DNA from: Octopus sinensis
Taxonomy: Eukaryota
Reading direction: 5' to 3'
DNA: 35,744 nt
Assembly: GCF_006345805.1 (NCBI RefSeq)
Contig: NW_021826266.1
Location: 1-35,744 of the forward strand
Below the pieces are notes generated by a model, which saw nothing but the letters and a program-made list of their open reading frames with translations, had not been told where the DNA came from and did no database searches. A program made the translations under genes and the position numbers. This document shows, piece after piece, positions 22,672-34,396 of this stretch (within the stretch, counting starts at the first letter, position 1; every line of letters begins with the position of its first letter).

Positions 22672-22711
22672 CAATTATCGTCTAATCAACCTTTTTCACT
22701 GTCTTAAGTGA

Positions 22712-22960
22712 AGTGGCGAACTGGCAGAATTGTTCGAGCATAAAAGACAACACCTTGCTGTGTTTGTCCCGGTTCTCTGCGCTCCGAAGTCAAATCAAAT
22801 CGAGATTAACCACAACTTTCATTCTTTCACAGTCGGCAAAATAAAATTGGCAATGCAGGACTGGGCGGTGGAGTAGCGGAAGTGTTAGGTCATCACACGT
22901 GATGCCTTGTAGTATTTCTTCCGGCGCTTTGCACTTTGAGTTCAAATCTTACCTTGGCCT
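22712..22960 (+). mobile_element. Degenerate SINE family B pieces (two head-like segments)
   Basis: gtggcgaactggcagaattg.. and ..tagtatttcttccggcgctttgcactttgagttcaaatc. Confidence 0.45.
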
Positions 22961-23102
22961 ACTTAGGTGATGAACTTAATCCGTCACCCTTAGTTAACGA
23001 CATCCTTGGGTATTTTTAGCAGATCTCACTATTTTGCAAGCGTTCAAATCAGGTCAGACGTCTGAGAACAGCTTTGTCCTTTTCTCCCACCATTCTTGGA
23101 GA

Positions 23103-23317
23103 TACTCTTTACTCTCTATCTTGTACTTGTTTCAGTCATTTGACTGCGGCCATGCTGGAGCACCGCCTTTAGTCGAGCAAATCGACTCCAGGACTTATTC
23201 TTTGTAAGCCTAGTACTTATTCTATCGGTATCTTTTGCCGAACCGCTAACTTACGGGTGTGTAAAACACCAGCATCGGTTGTCAAGCGATGTTGGGGAGA
23301 CAAACACCGACGTACAA

Positions 23318-23375
<58 letters not shown>

Positions 23376-23377
23376 AT

Positions 23378-23435
<58 letters not shown>

Positions 23436-23590
23436 TACATATATACGACGGGTTTCTTTCAGTTTCCTTCTATCAAATCCACTCACAAGGCTTTGGCCGG
23501 CCCAAGACTATAGTAGAAGACATTTGCCCAAGGTGGGACTGAACACGGAACCATGTGGTTGGTAAGCAAGCAACTTACCACAGGCCACTC
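23103..23590 (-). mobile_element. SINE family A, full-length
   Basis: Antisense match; internal CA/TA tract ~23320-23445. Confidence 0.92.
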
Positions 23591-23984
23591 AAAAAAAAAA
23601 AAAGAAAAACAAAGAAAAGAACCGGGTGTTGTCCGTTCTCTTTGGACTGAATGATTTTAAGAAAGGATTGTCATGGCTGGAACTTCTTTGATCATAGGTC
23701 TTCTCAACCAGTTCTGACTTGCGACTAACCAACACCTTTATCATTAGGTCATATAGTGACAACAACTGAGTTTACGTTCCGCTTTCGAATTTAGTGAGGA
23801 AGAATTTACTTCCTGTCTCGGGGTGGATTAGATAATTCAAATAGAGAGTATCAACCATAATTACCCTTTAAATTCCTTTGGTCAACCGGAAACTAGAGCT
23901 CAAAGACAGATCGAACACGGAAACTTGTGGTAGTGACGCTACCTTCTGAACCACACGACTGTTTTTTTTTTATGTGTTTTTTTC

Positions 23985-24312
23985 TTTTTCATTATCTTAC
24001 TTGATTCGGTCATTAGATTGCGGCCATGCTGGTGCACCACCAGGAAGAATCTTAATTTTTTGTCGAATGAAATTTTAAAAAACTTGGTGCTTAGTCTATC
24101 GGTCTCTTTTTCCGAACCGCTAATTTACAGGAATGTAAACACACCAACACCGGTTGCCAAGCGGTGGTTAGAGACAAACACACATGTACTCGACTTCCAT
24201 CTACCTGAGGCTATAGTACTAGACACTTTGCCCAAGGTGCCATGCATTGGGACTGAACCAGGAACCACGTGGTTGGGAAGTAAACAGCTTACCACACTGC
24301 CACTCCTGCGCC
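23985..24312 (-). mobile_element. SINE family A, internally deleted
   Basis: 3' part and head present; most of the microsatellite and adjacent segment missing. Confidence 0.8.
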
Positions 24313-24677
24313 AATGACATATCTATGTCAATATAGTAATTTGGCTTTGTGCTTATGACCATATCGAGTTGAATGTACCAGCGCTTGTTTGACCACAGAA
24401 GTTAAACAACGCTGATCAGATTTAATATTCACATGGGTGATATCATGGGAAACCTAGTTACAATGAGCAAACAGCATTCCTTATCACGCAGAACTATGAT
24501 AAAAGGCGTCCTTGACGTGACCATTCCGCCTATTTGTAAATCAGTTACTGTGCTATTCAATGTGTCTATATTTAAGAGACGGTAGGGTGTAGTTTGAAGG
24601 AGATTTGGCTGCTATTTCTAATTGATCAAACGACTAAATAGTGGCTTGTATATTTCTATATTTACATAATGTGTATA

Positions 24678-25030
24678 TGCGAGCATAGCTAAGTGGTTAA
24701 AAAGCTCGCTTCTGAACCACGTGGTTTCAGGTTCAGTCCCACTGCGCGACATCTTCAGCAAGTGTCTTTACACTGTAGAGCTTGTTTTGTGAGTTGGGTT
24801 TGGTAACTGCACGAAACTGTACCGCAGCCGGTCACAGTTTGACAGAAGTGTGTGTGTGTGTGTGTGTTAACGTGTATGTCTCCTATTGCTTAATAACCGG
24901 TGTTGGTTTGATAACGCCCTGGCAAAAAAAAATATACTTAAAATAAATACTGTATGACGAAACACTTCAAAGTAGTTTCCCAGGATGGTCGCAGACCAAT
25001 AACTAAAACAAAGCAAATATAAAAATAAAA
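24678..25030 (+). mobile_element. SINE family A, diverged
   Basis: gctaagtggttaaaaagctcgcttctgaaccacgtggtttcaggttcagtcccactgcg..ccaggatggtcgcag. Confidence 0.8.
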
Positions 25031-25382
25031 AAATTAGGAGCGTGAACATCTTTATGTTGTTTAGTTCCAGATCAGCTTTGAAATAAAAAAAAACAAACAT
25101 CTATGATTCAGGGCATTTTCACAATGCTTGTCCCATTTTCCCCCTCAGGCAAGTCGAGTCACGATATAAAGGCTCCCCAACACTGGCTGTTTTCATTTTG
25201 TACATGTGCAACATAGATAAAGCAGGTGCTTCTTTGAATGAACCTGAGTATTTTATACGACTATGTCTACCTAAGACTATGTTAAATGAATAGCACACGA
25301 GTGAATGAGTCAAATGAAATAAGCGAGTGGCAGAAAGGAAGAAGGGGAAAGAAAAAAAGGAGAGAGAGAGACAATAGGGAGA

Positions 25383-25413
<31 letters not shown>

Positions 25414-25601
25414 TGCGGCAGCAGCAGCAGCAGTCGTCCTTGAGTGTGTAATGGGTGCACGCGCGAAAACCTACCTAAAAGCAAACGGTAGCGCGAAGTG
25501 TAAAAAAAAAAAATCAAAAACAAAAAGAACCGGGTGGGGAAAGGAATTAGGGCAGATAAGACAATTCATTGTGTTGTGTGTGTGTGTGTGTTTGTGTGTG
25601 T

Positions 25602-25641
<40 letters not shown>

Positions 25642-25825
25642 CGTTTGTGTGTGTGTGCGTGCGTTTGTGTGTGTGTGATAAGAATTGCAGCAGAGTAGGA
25701 AAGTATGATATAGACGCACGAAGCGGGAAAAGTAAAATATACATACCTATACATTCAACATACACACACACACACATATATACAAACAGATAGACACGCG
25801 AATGTATATATATATGTATACACAT

Positions 25826-25862
<37 letters not shown>

Positions 25863-25864
<2 letters not shown>

Positions 25865-26204
25865 CTCTTTTTCTCTTTTAGTTGTTTCAGTCATGTGACT
25901 GTGGCCATGCTGGAGCACCGCCTTTAGTCAAGCAATGGATCCCAGGGCTTATTCTTTGTTAGCCTAGTACTTATTCTATCGGTTAGTTTCGCCGAACCGC
26001 TAAGTTACGGGGACATAAACACACCAGCATCAGTTGTCAAGCGATCTTGGTGGGGACAAACATATACACACACACACATTTATTTACATATATACGACGA
26101 GCTTCTTTCCGAGGTTATTGTAGAAGACACTTACCCAAGGTTCCGGGTACACGGAACCATGTGGTTCGTAAGCAAACTACTTACCACACAGCCACTCCTA
26201 CGCC
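25863..26204 (-). mobile_element. SINE family A
   Basis: Antisense; ends ccacacagccactcctacgcc. Confidence 0.88.
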
Positions 26205-26270
26205 TATATATATATACATATATACATATATATGTGTGAGTGTGTGTGTATGTATGTATGTACGTATGTA

Positions 26271-26490
26271 TTCTTTTATACTTTTATATTTGTTTCAGTC
26301 ATTTGACTACAGCCATGCTGGAGCACCGCTTTTAGTCGAATAAATCAATCCCAGGACTTCTCTGTAAGCTTAGTACTTATTCTATCGGTCTATTTTGCCG
26401 ATTCGCTAGAATACAAGGACGTAAACACACCAGCATCGGTTGTCAGACAATGGTGGTGTTGGTGGTGGGTGAAACAAAACGCACAAATAC
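26271..26490 (-). mobile_element. SINE family A 3' half
   Basis: tttgtttcagtcatttgactacagccatgctggagcaccgc..cagcatcggttgtc. Confidence 0.85.
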
Positions 26491-26494
26491 AAAT

Positions 26495-26568
<74 letters not shown>

Positions 26569-26610
26569 GTGTATATATATATACACACACACATATATAT
26601 GTATATACAT

Positions 26611-26819
26611 ATTCTTTTATTCTTTTATCTGTTCCAGTCATTTGACTACGGCCATGCGGGAGCACCGCCTTTAGTCGAGCAAATCGACCCCAGGACTTAT
26701 TCTTTGTAAACCTAGTACTAATTCTATCGGTCTCTTTTGCTGAACCGCCATGTTACGGGGACGCAAACACACCTGCATCGGTTCTCAAGTGATGTTGTGG
26801 GAGTGGGTTGGTAACACAG

Positions 26820-26859
<40 letters not shown>

Positions 26860-27021
26860 GACGGGCTTCTTTCTGTTTCTGCCTACCAAATCCACTCACA
26901 AGGCTTTGGTCGGCCTAAGGCTATGGTAGAAGACACTTGCCCAAGTTGCCAAGCAGTGGGACCGAACCCGGAACCATATGGTTGGGAAGCAAGCTTCTTA
27001 CCAAACAGCCACGCCTGCGCA
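26611..27021 (-). mobile_element. SINE family A, full-length
   Basis: Antisense match; third of three head-to-tail copies in 25863-27021. Confidence 0.9.
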
Positions 27022-27084
27022 TATATGAAAATAATCAAAGCCTTTTCACTATCGGTGAGAAATTTAAAGCATAAAACCCAGAAC

Positions 27085-27598
27085 ATACGTACGTACGTAC
27101 ATACATACATACATACATACATACATACATACATACATACATACTAATATACATACATACATACATACATACTTGCATGCATACATACACACATACATAC
27201 ATACATACATACATGCATACTTGCATGCATACATACACACACACATACATACATACATACACTACTCAGTCATTATCTACAATGCATTTTTTCACCTATT
27301 ACATACATACACACAAGCAGAAACATGCACATACATACATGCATGCATACTTTTATACATACACGTGAGGCATTCTTTTTGTGAAGGCTCTTTCATCCAT
27401 TCCCCCTTTATATAGAATTTCACACACGCATACTCCCTATTCCCACATACTGGACCACACGCATGCATACAAAGGAGGCACCAAATTCATGCAGGCATAC
27501 ATATACACATATATCCTTGCATACATACAGGTATATTACACATGTACACCCACCCACATTTATATACCTATATATTAACATTTATAAACATAGGAATG

Positions 27599-27651
<53 letters not shown>

Positions 27652-27706
27652 GCCTATACATATATATATATAATACACTTACACATACAAACACACATGT
27701 ATACAG

Positions 27707-27737
<31 letters not shown>

Positions 27738-27966
27738 ATATTATATATATATATATACCCGTATATATTATATATATATATATTTATATTTATATCTACC
27801 TGTGTATTATGTGTATATGTATATATACATATATATAAATATGTATACATACATATATTTACGTGTATATATGTGTATATAGTTAGGCAGATATATAGAT
27901 AGATACATACATACATACAGACATATATACATATATGGATAGATAGATAGATAGATAGATAGATAG

Positions 27967-28019
<53 letters not shown>

Positions 28020-28043
28020 CATACTAACATATATACATATATG

Positions 28044-28095
<52 letters not shown>

Positions 28096-28143
28096 CATAC
28101 ATACATACATACATACATACATACTAACATATATACATATATG

Positions 28144-28189
<46 letters not shown>

Positions 28190-28195
28190 GATAGT

Positions 28196-28249
<54 letters not shown>

Positions 28250-28490
28250 CATACATACATACATACTAACATATATACATATATGGATAGATAGATAGAT
28301 AGATAGATAGATACATACATACATACACACATACATACGTACATACATAGATGGATACATAGATATACATCCATCCATCCATCCATCCATCCATCCATAC
28401 ATACATACATACATACATACATACACACACACATACATACATACATACATACATACATACATACATACACACACACATACATATACGCAC
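27085..28490. repeat. Large compound microsatellite block (TACA, TA, GATA, TCCA)
   Basis: Direct reading; includes a 4-unit higher-order repeat at 27901-28330. Confidence 0.95.
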
Positions 28491-29067
28491 ATGTTTCTTT
28501 CTATTAAATTTCATTCAGTCCCGACCGATCAAAATATATTACATACAAACATACCTTGCAAAAAGCCACGCACTCGTATAGTACAGACACACACATGCTT
28601 CAACTCACTCACACACGCACACACACCGCTACACACAGTAACGAACAGACACCCTCATACATATATACAGACACACAGCCACACGCAGTGAGGAACAGTC
28701 ACACAAGAGGCAATAGTAACCGGCCGGTCGTCCATTCATTCATTCACTCACTCATTCATTATTTATCACTTCCTCTGCCTCTCGCTACACCTCTCACACT
28801 ATTCTTTTTTCCCCCTCCCTCCTCCCATCACTACTTCATTTGCTTCACTTGTCTCCTCCCTCTCCGCTTCCTCCGTCCACACCTCCATGCTGGAAGTAGA
28901 ACTGACGTAGAGGTGGGTGACACAGTCCTTGCAGAAACCCCACCTTGAAAACCTCAGCTTCCCTCCTCCTTAAATTCTATCTTCTACTCTATCTACTCCT
29001 CCTCTGTATTTGTCCTTCCTTCTTCGTCGCAATTATCTGTTTTAGTTCCTTTATAAATGCACACACA

Positions 29068-29128
<61 letters not shown>

Positions 29129-29365
29129 ACACACACTACATACGCAAACGCGTCTATATAACCTAAATCTGTTTCTATAAATCTATCTATATTTTATATC
29201 CGTATGTCTATATCTTTATATCGTGAACTCTACCTATATACGTGTGTGTATGTAGGTGTAAATATATATATATGTATATAGATATACATACATGTATGTA
29301 TATATGTGTGCGTGTGTGTGTGTGAGTATTTATATATATATATACATATATACATACATAAATAT

Positions 29366-29399
<34 letters not shown>

Positions 29400-30029
29400 G
29401 TATGTATGTACGTATTATGTATATCCCTACTTACTTATCTTTCTCTATCTGTAAGAGCGTATATTTACATATACGTATTGATATATGCCTATATATTTAC
29501 TTATATACGCGTGTGTTAGTGTTATACACACACACACATACAAAGACAAAGAGGGAGAAAAAGAGGGTGAGTGAATGAGAGAACATTATATGCTTTTGCG
29601 CGTAGACATATATATGTATACACATTCAGACATGCAAACACACAAATATACTGGTTGTATATATGTATGTATGTGTGTATGTATGTATGTATGTGTGTGT
29701 GTTATGTATGTATGTATGTATGTATGTATGTATATGTGTGTATGTATGTATGTATGTATGTATGTATGTATTATGTATGTATGTAGTATGTATGTGGGTG
29801 TATGTAGTGTAGTAGTCAGTGATTCTGTGTCTATCTCTCAATATTCATTTCATTTTTATAACACTGCTTTCTTTTATTTTCTTCTCTCTCTCACACACAC
29901 ACACACAAACAAACACACACACACACACATACATAACACACACACACGCACACACACAAAATTTCGTTTTCATCTTTGCCTTTTTTTTTCTGTAACAGCC
30001 CACCACTATGAGCCACTACTGATGGTAGC

Positions 30030-30140
30030 CATCATCATCATCATCATCACCATCAACACTCACCACCACCACCACCACCACCACTACCACCACCACCACC
30101 ATCACCACCACCACCACCACCACCATCGTCGTCGTCATCA
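30030..30140. repeat. (CAT)n/(CAC)n/(CGT)n trinucleotide repeats
   Basis: Direct reading. Confidence 0.9.
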
Positions 30141-30150
30141 TTACCAACAG
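30064..30150 (-). CDS. Candidate symmetric 87-nt exon encoding VGNDDDDDGGGGGGGDGGGGGSGGGGGG
   Basis: Acceptor tttttttccttctttttacag|, donor G|GTGAGT, phase 1/1, open frame. The body is a trinucleotide repeat, so it could be coincidental. Confidence 0.25.
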
Positions 30151-30710
30151 CTGTAAAAAGAAGGAAAAAAATGCAGAAACACCTCCAACCATGGCTCCGG
30201 AAAGAATGCTCGTTGCCATCACCTTTAAACGCATCGCTCCACGCACACTATTATCCCCCCCCCCACCACCACACCATCATCACTATCATCGCAATCGGCA
30301 TTCAGTGATAAGCTGATGGTGTTGGCGGTGATGTTGCTGCTGCTGCTGATGATGATGATGGCGGTGATTGTGATGGAGGTGGAGATACTTCTATTGGTAG
30401 ACGTCTGACTCTCCTCGATCTGTCTGTGGAACTGTGCGTACAACTGTACCGATGTCAGCCTGAACATTCAGGCTATGTCAACGTCACACACACACACACA
30501 CACACATACTTTTCACACTACGATTTCGCTCCCTCTCTTTAGCTCTTCTCTCTCTCTCTCTCGCCATCTCTCTTTCTTTCGCTCTCGTTCTATCTCTCTT
30601 TCTATCCCTTTTCTTTGTATACATGAAAATGTCTACGCGTGTATAAAATATTATTGGGCTGAAAATACAATAGGAGTTACTCAAGTACCTCGACGTTCGT
30701 ATCCAATACA

Positions 30711-30712
<2 letters not shown>

Positions 30713-30804
<92 letters not shown>

Positions 30805-30816
30805 TCTATATATACA

Positions 30817-30862
<46 letters not shown>

Positions 30863-30975
30863 GGTATGTATGTATGTATGTTGTATGATGGTATTATTAT
30901 GTATATGTCTATATCTATCTTCTATCTATCTATCTATCTATCTATCAATCTATATATCTATCTATCTATCTATCT
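30713..30975. repeat. (TA)n, (TATG)n and (TATC)n arrays
   Basis: Direct reading. Confidence 0.95.
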
Positions 30976-31194
30976 ATCCAAATGCGTGACTGTGGGTGTG
31001 GGTGTGAGCACCTCAGATCGAGTAAATCTATTTATAAGCGGTCCATCTAGAATTTTTTGTATTTTGCTGTTGTTATGTTTGTGGTGGGTTCATGTATATT
31101 ATCTAATGAACTGTAGATTGGATGTAATCAAAGGGTAATTTGGTTGCTATTTCTAGGAGGGCAAGCGACCAAGGCATAAGGCAACCTTCTTTCG

Positions 31195-31360
31195 AGAGGT
31201 GGGCCGCTTGAGCCACGGCTCGTCATCAGGCAAGCCGCCCTATTAAGAAAATTCAAGGTAATTTTTAGTTTCTCGTGCTATTCGAAAAGTCCGGCGGGCC
31301 GCAGGTTGTTTATGATTGATTCAGAAGCCACGCCGTTGGGCCGCATGTATTGATAAACAA
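31195..31360. mobile_element. Possible hAT-like MITE remnant
   Basis: Three GGGCCGC motifs (tgggccgctt, ggcgggccgcagg, tgggccgcatg), typical of hAT/Charlie-type subterminal repeats; no TIR or TSD found. Confidence 0.3.
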
Positions 31361-31466
31361 TAGATGTGTCTGTATGCTTGTGCGGTCGGGCGCGCGCGTG
31401 TTTGATTGTATGGGTATAAATGTGTTCGGGTGATTGAAGTTCGCTCACTGTTGAAATATATTTTAA

Positions 31467-31676
31467 GGCAGTGAGCAAACAGAAACGTTGGCACGCCGGG
31501 CAAAAGCGTCATTTCATTTGTCCTTACGTTCTGAGTTCAAATTCCGCTGACGTTGAGTTTACCTTTCATCCTTTAGGGACTGATAAAATGAATACCAGTT
31601 GAGCACTGGGGTTAATTTAATCGACTTAGCCACTTCCTCAAAATTGCTGGCCTTGTGCCAAAATTTTAAATCATTA
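31467..31676 (+). mobile_element. SINE family B
   Basis: cttacgttctgagttcaaattccgc..cctttcatcctttaggg..ggccttgtgccaaaatt. Confidence 0.85.
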
Positions 31677-31692
31677 TTTTAAAATATTTTAT

Positions 31693-31910
31693 GGCGGCGT
31701 ACCAGCAGAAGCGGTCGCACGTCGGACGAAATGCTTCGCGGCCTTTCGTCCGTCTTTACGTTCTGAGTTCAAATCCCACCGAGGCTGTCATTGCCTTTCA
31801 TTCATTCGGGGTGGATAAAGTATCAATCGAGTACTGGGGTCGATGGAATCGACTTTCCCCATTCGCGTAGAATTTCGGACTTTGTGCCCATAGTAAAGAA
31901 AAGGGATATT
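31693..31910 (+). mobile_element. SINE family B, tandem to the previous copy
   Basis: ggcggcg..gaaatgcttcgcggcctttcgtccgtctttacgttctgagttcaaatccc. Confidence 0.85.
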
Positions 31911-32351
31911 TAAAAATCTTTCAACTTTATATTGAACCTACAAATTGAAAAGATGGGTACCATTAGAGTGAGCCGGTTATGCTCCGGGTATCAAACATAA
32001 CAGTACCATTCTTTTTTTCGAGTATTATTGAATATTAGGGGTTTATAGCATCCAATATGTAACTCACCTATTGAGTTACGGAAAAAAAAAATTGCTTTAC
32101 AGTTCATTCACGTTCGAAACCCACCCCACCCTAAGATCGATAAAATAACTGCTAGGTTGTTTTTCCTTATTTTCATTTCCATTCTGTACTGCACATCGGT
32201 ACAATGTTCGACGATTCCAGAACAATATAACTTTTTTTTTTATGAGATGGTGATCCTGGAATGGTGGGGTTTCTTGACTGGGCCTTACTGGAGGCTTTCT
32301 TGTAATGAGGAGGACAGCACCACCCATCTATTTACATATTCTGTGTGCTAT

Positions 32352-32579
32352 CTTCTAACTTATATCATTAGACTTCGGCCATGCTGGGGTACCACTTTGA
32401 AGAAATTTCAGTCGCATAAATTGACCCCAGTTTTTTTTTCTTTCTTTCTTTTTTAAGCCATGTACTTTATCGGTCCGCTTCTGCAGAATCGCTAAAGTAC
32501 GAGCGATTGACAAACCAACACCGGTTGTCAAGCTATGGTGGAGGATAGACATAAAGACAGACGCGACCACGCGCGCGGG

Positions 32580-32622
<43 letters not shown>

Positions 32623-32808
32623 ACACACATACACACACTCTCATTAACACACACACATGAATGCGACAGGCTTCTTCCAGGTTCCGTCTAGCAAATCCTC
32701 TCATAAGGCCTTGGTCGGTAGAAGACACTTGCTGAAGCTGCCACACAAGAGGACTGAACCCGGAACACATGGGGTTTGGAAGCAAGCTCCTTACCACACA
32801 TCCGCCTC
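32352..32808 (-). mobile_element. SINE family A, diverged
   Basis: cggccatgctgggg..internal (CA)n..ggactgaacccggaac. Confidence 0.8.
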
Positions 32809-33007
32809 CTCTTTCTTATCATCATCATCATCGTCATATATTCATATTTACTATGTGAAGAGATTGCTAATCAATGGTTCTACGAAGAAAAATCCGCGAG
32901 AAAGAGGGGAAAAGACAGAGAGAGAGAGGGGGGGAGAGAAAGAGAGAGAGAGAGGAAGAGAGAAAGAGAGAAAAAGGGGACGAGAGAGAGAGAGAGAGAG
33001 AGAGAGA

Positions 33008-33159
33008 GGCACCAAGGCCTGAAATTTTGGGGGAGGGAGTAAGTCGATTACATCGACTCCAGTTCTCAACTGGTACTTGATTCATCGACCCTGGCGGAAT
33101 TTGAACTCAGACGAAATGCCGTTAAGCATTTTACCCGGCGTGCTAACGATTCTGCCACC

Positions 33160-33160
<1 letters not shown>
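33008..33160 (-). mobile_element. SINE family B, internally deleted
   Basis: ggcctgaaattttgggg..ggcggaatttgaactcagacgaaatgccgttaagcatt. Confidence 0.8.
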
Positions 33161-33200
<40 letters not shown>

Positions 33201-33417
33201 CCTTTCTACTATAGGCACAACGCCTGGGGTTTTGTGGAGAGTATGCGGACAAATCGATCGCATCGACTCCAGTACTTGACTCGTACTTAATTTATCGATT
33301 CCAAAAGGATGAAAAGCAAAGTCGACCTTGGCGGAATTTGAACTCAAAACGTAGAGAAAGACGAAATCCCGCTCAGCATCTTACCCGGTGTGCTAGCGAT
33401 TCTGCCAGCTCGCAGCC
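33161..33417 (-). mobile_element. SINE family B with (ATT)n tail
   Basis: (TAA)n 33161-33200 continuous with aatcctttctactataggcac; head ends tctgccagctcgcagcc. Confidence 0.88.
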
Positions 33418-33879
33418 GTAAAGATAATAATAATAATAATAACAATTAAAAACATACACTCCTTTGCGTACATTATGCATTCGGCTGTACAGTAAATATC
33501 AACCAAAATAGATTTCAAGTCAGCAACACCGAATCTACGAATTACTAGAAATAGCAGACATATGATACGCCAGTCAAAGACTTATTGCTTGAAAATCGGA
33601 AGTTTGCTGGAAGGAGGGAGCGTTAGTGGGAGAGTGAGGAAAAGAGAGAAAATTAGAGAGTGGGGTGGGGCAAGGATGGAAGACTTTCTCTCATAGATGG
33701 AATATCATACCTCCCCGAAGATCTGGTTTTGGGATTGTCTGGGCCAGATCATCGGCACCAAACTACGGTGATTTCCTTCCAAGCCCTTCCCCCGTAAACA
33801 CTAGTTAGGGTTTGTCTCTTATTTCTGGTTTTATATTTGCAGTCGTTTCGTATAGACATAACGTTTGTGTGGAAGACAT

Positions 33880-34045
33880 GATTGCGGGGTTAAGAAATTC
33901 GCTTCATACCCATGTGGTCCCTATGTGGTCCCTCTGTCAGACATCTTGAGAAAATATCTTTTACGGATGAAGGCGTAGTTGTGTGGTCAAAAGGTCCGTT
34001 ATATAACCATGGTGTTTCGGGTTCAGTCCTACTATGCAGCATCCT
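33880..34045 (+). mobile_element. Two SINE family A head fragments
   Basis: gcggggttaagaaattcgcttc.. and aggcgtagttgtgtggtcaaaagg..cgggttcagtcctac. Confidence 0.55.
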
Positions 34046-34270
34046 TTATTTTTTTACTTGTTTCAGTCATTAGACTGCGGCCATGTTGGAGCATCACTTC
34101 GGAAATGTTTAGTCGAACGAATCGATCCCGACCCCACACCGTACTGTACTTATTTTTTTTTAAAGCCTAGTACTTAGTTTATCGGTTTCCTTTTGCCGAA
34201 CTGCTAGAGTACGTAGACGAAAACACACCGACACTGGTTGACAAGTGGGGTTGGGACAGAGACACAAAGA
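34046..34270 (-). mobile_element. SINE family A 3' half
   Basis: tacttgtttcagtcattagactgcggccatgttggagc..ttttgccgaactgctag. Confidence 0.8.
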
Positions 34271-34297
34271 CACGCACACAAACACGCACACAAACAC

Positions 34298-34369
<72 letters not shown>

Positions 34370-34396
34370 ACACACTCACATATATATGCATATATA

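Noticed and set aside
27901-28330. Regularly spaced 21-bp repeats resembling a CRISPR array
   Set aside because: The intervening sequence is GATA/TACA microsatellite, the context is eukaryotic, and there are no cas genes.
28860-28960. GC-richer stretch with peptide LHAGSRTDVEVGDTVLAETPP
   Set aside because: Short, flanked by low-complexity sequence, and lacking a supportable exon structure or family match.
30390-30480. Plus-frame peptide RRLTLLDLSVELCVQLYRC, F-box-like
   Set aside because: In-frame stops just upstream, no start or acceptor, and it runs into (CA)n.
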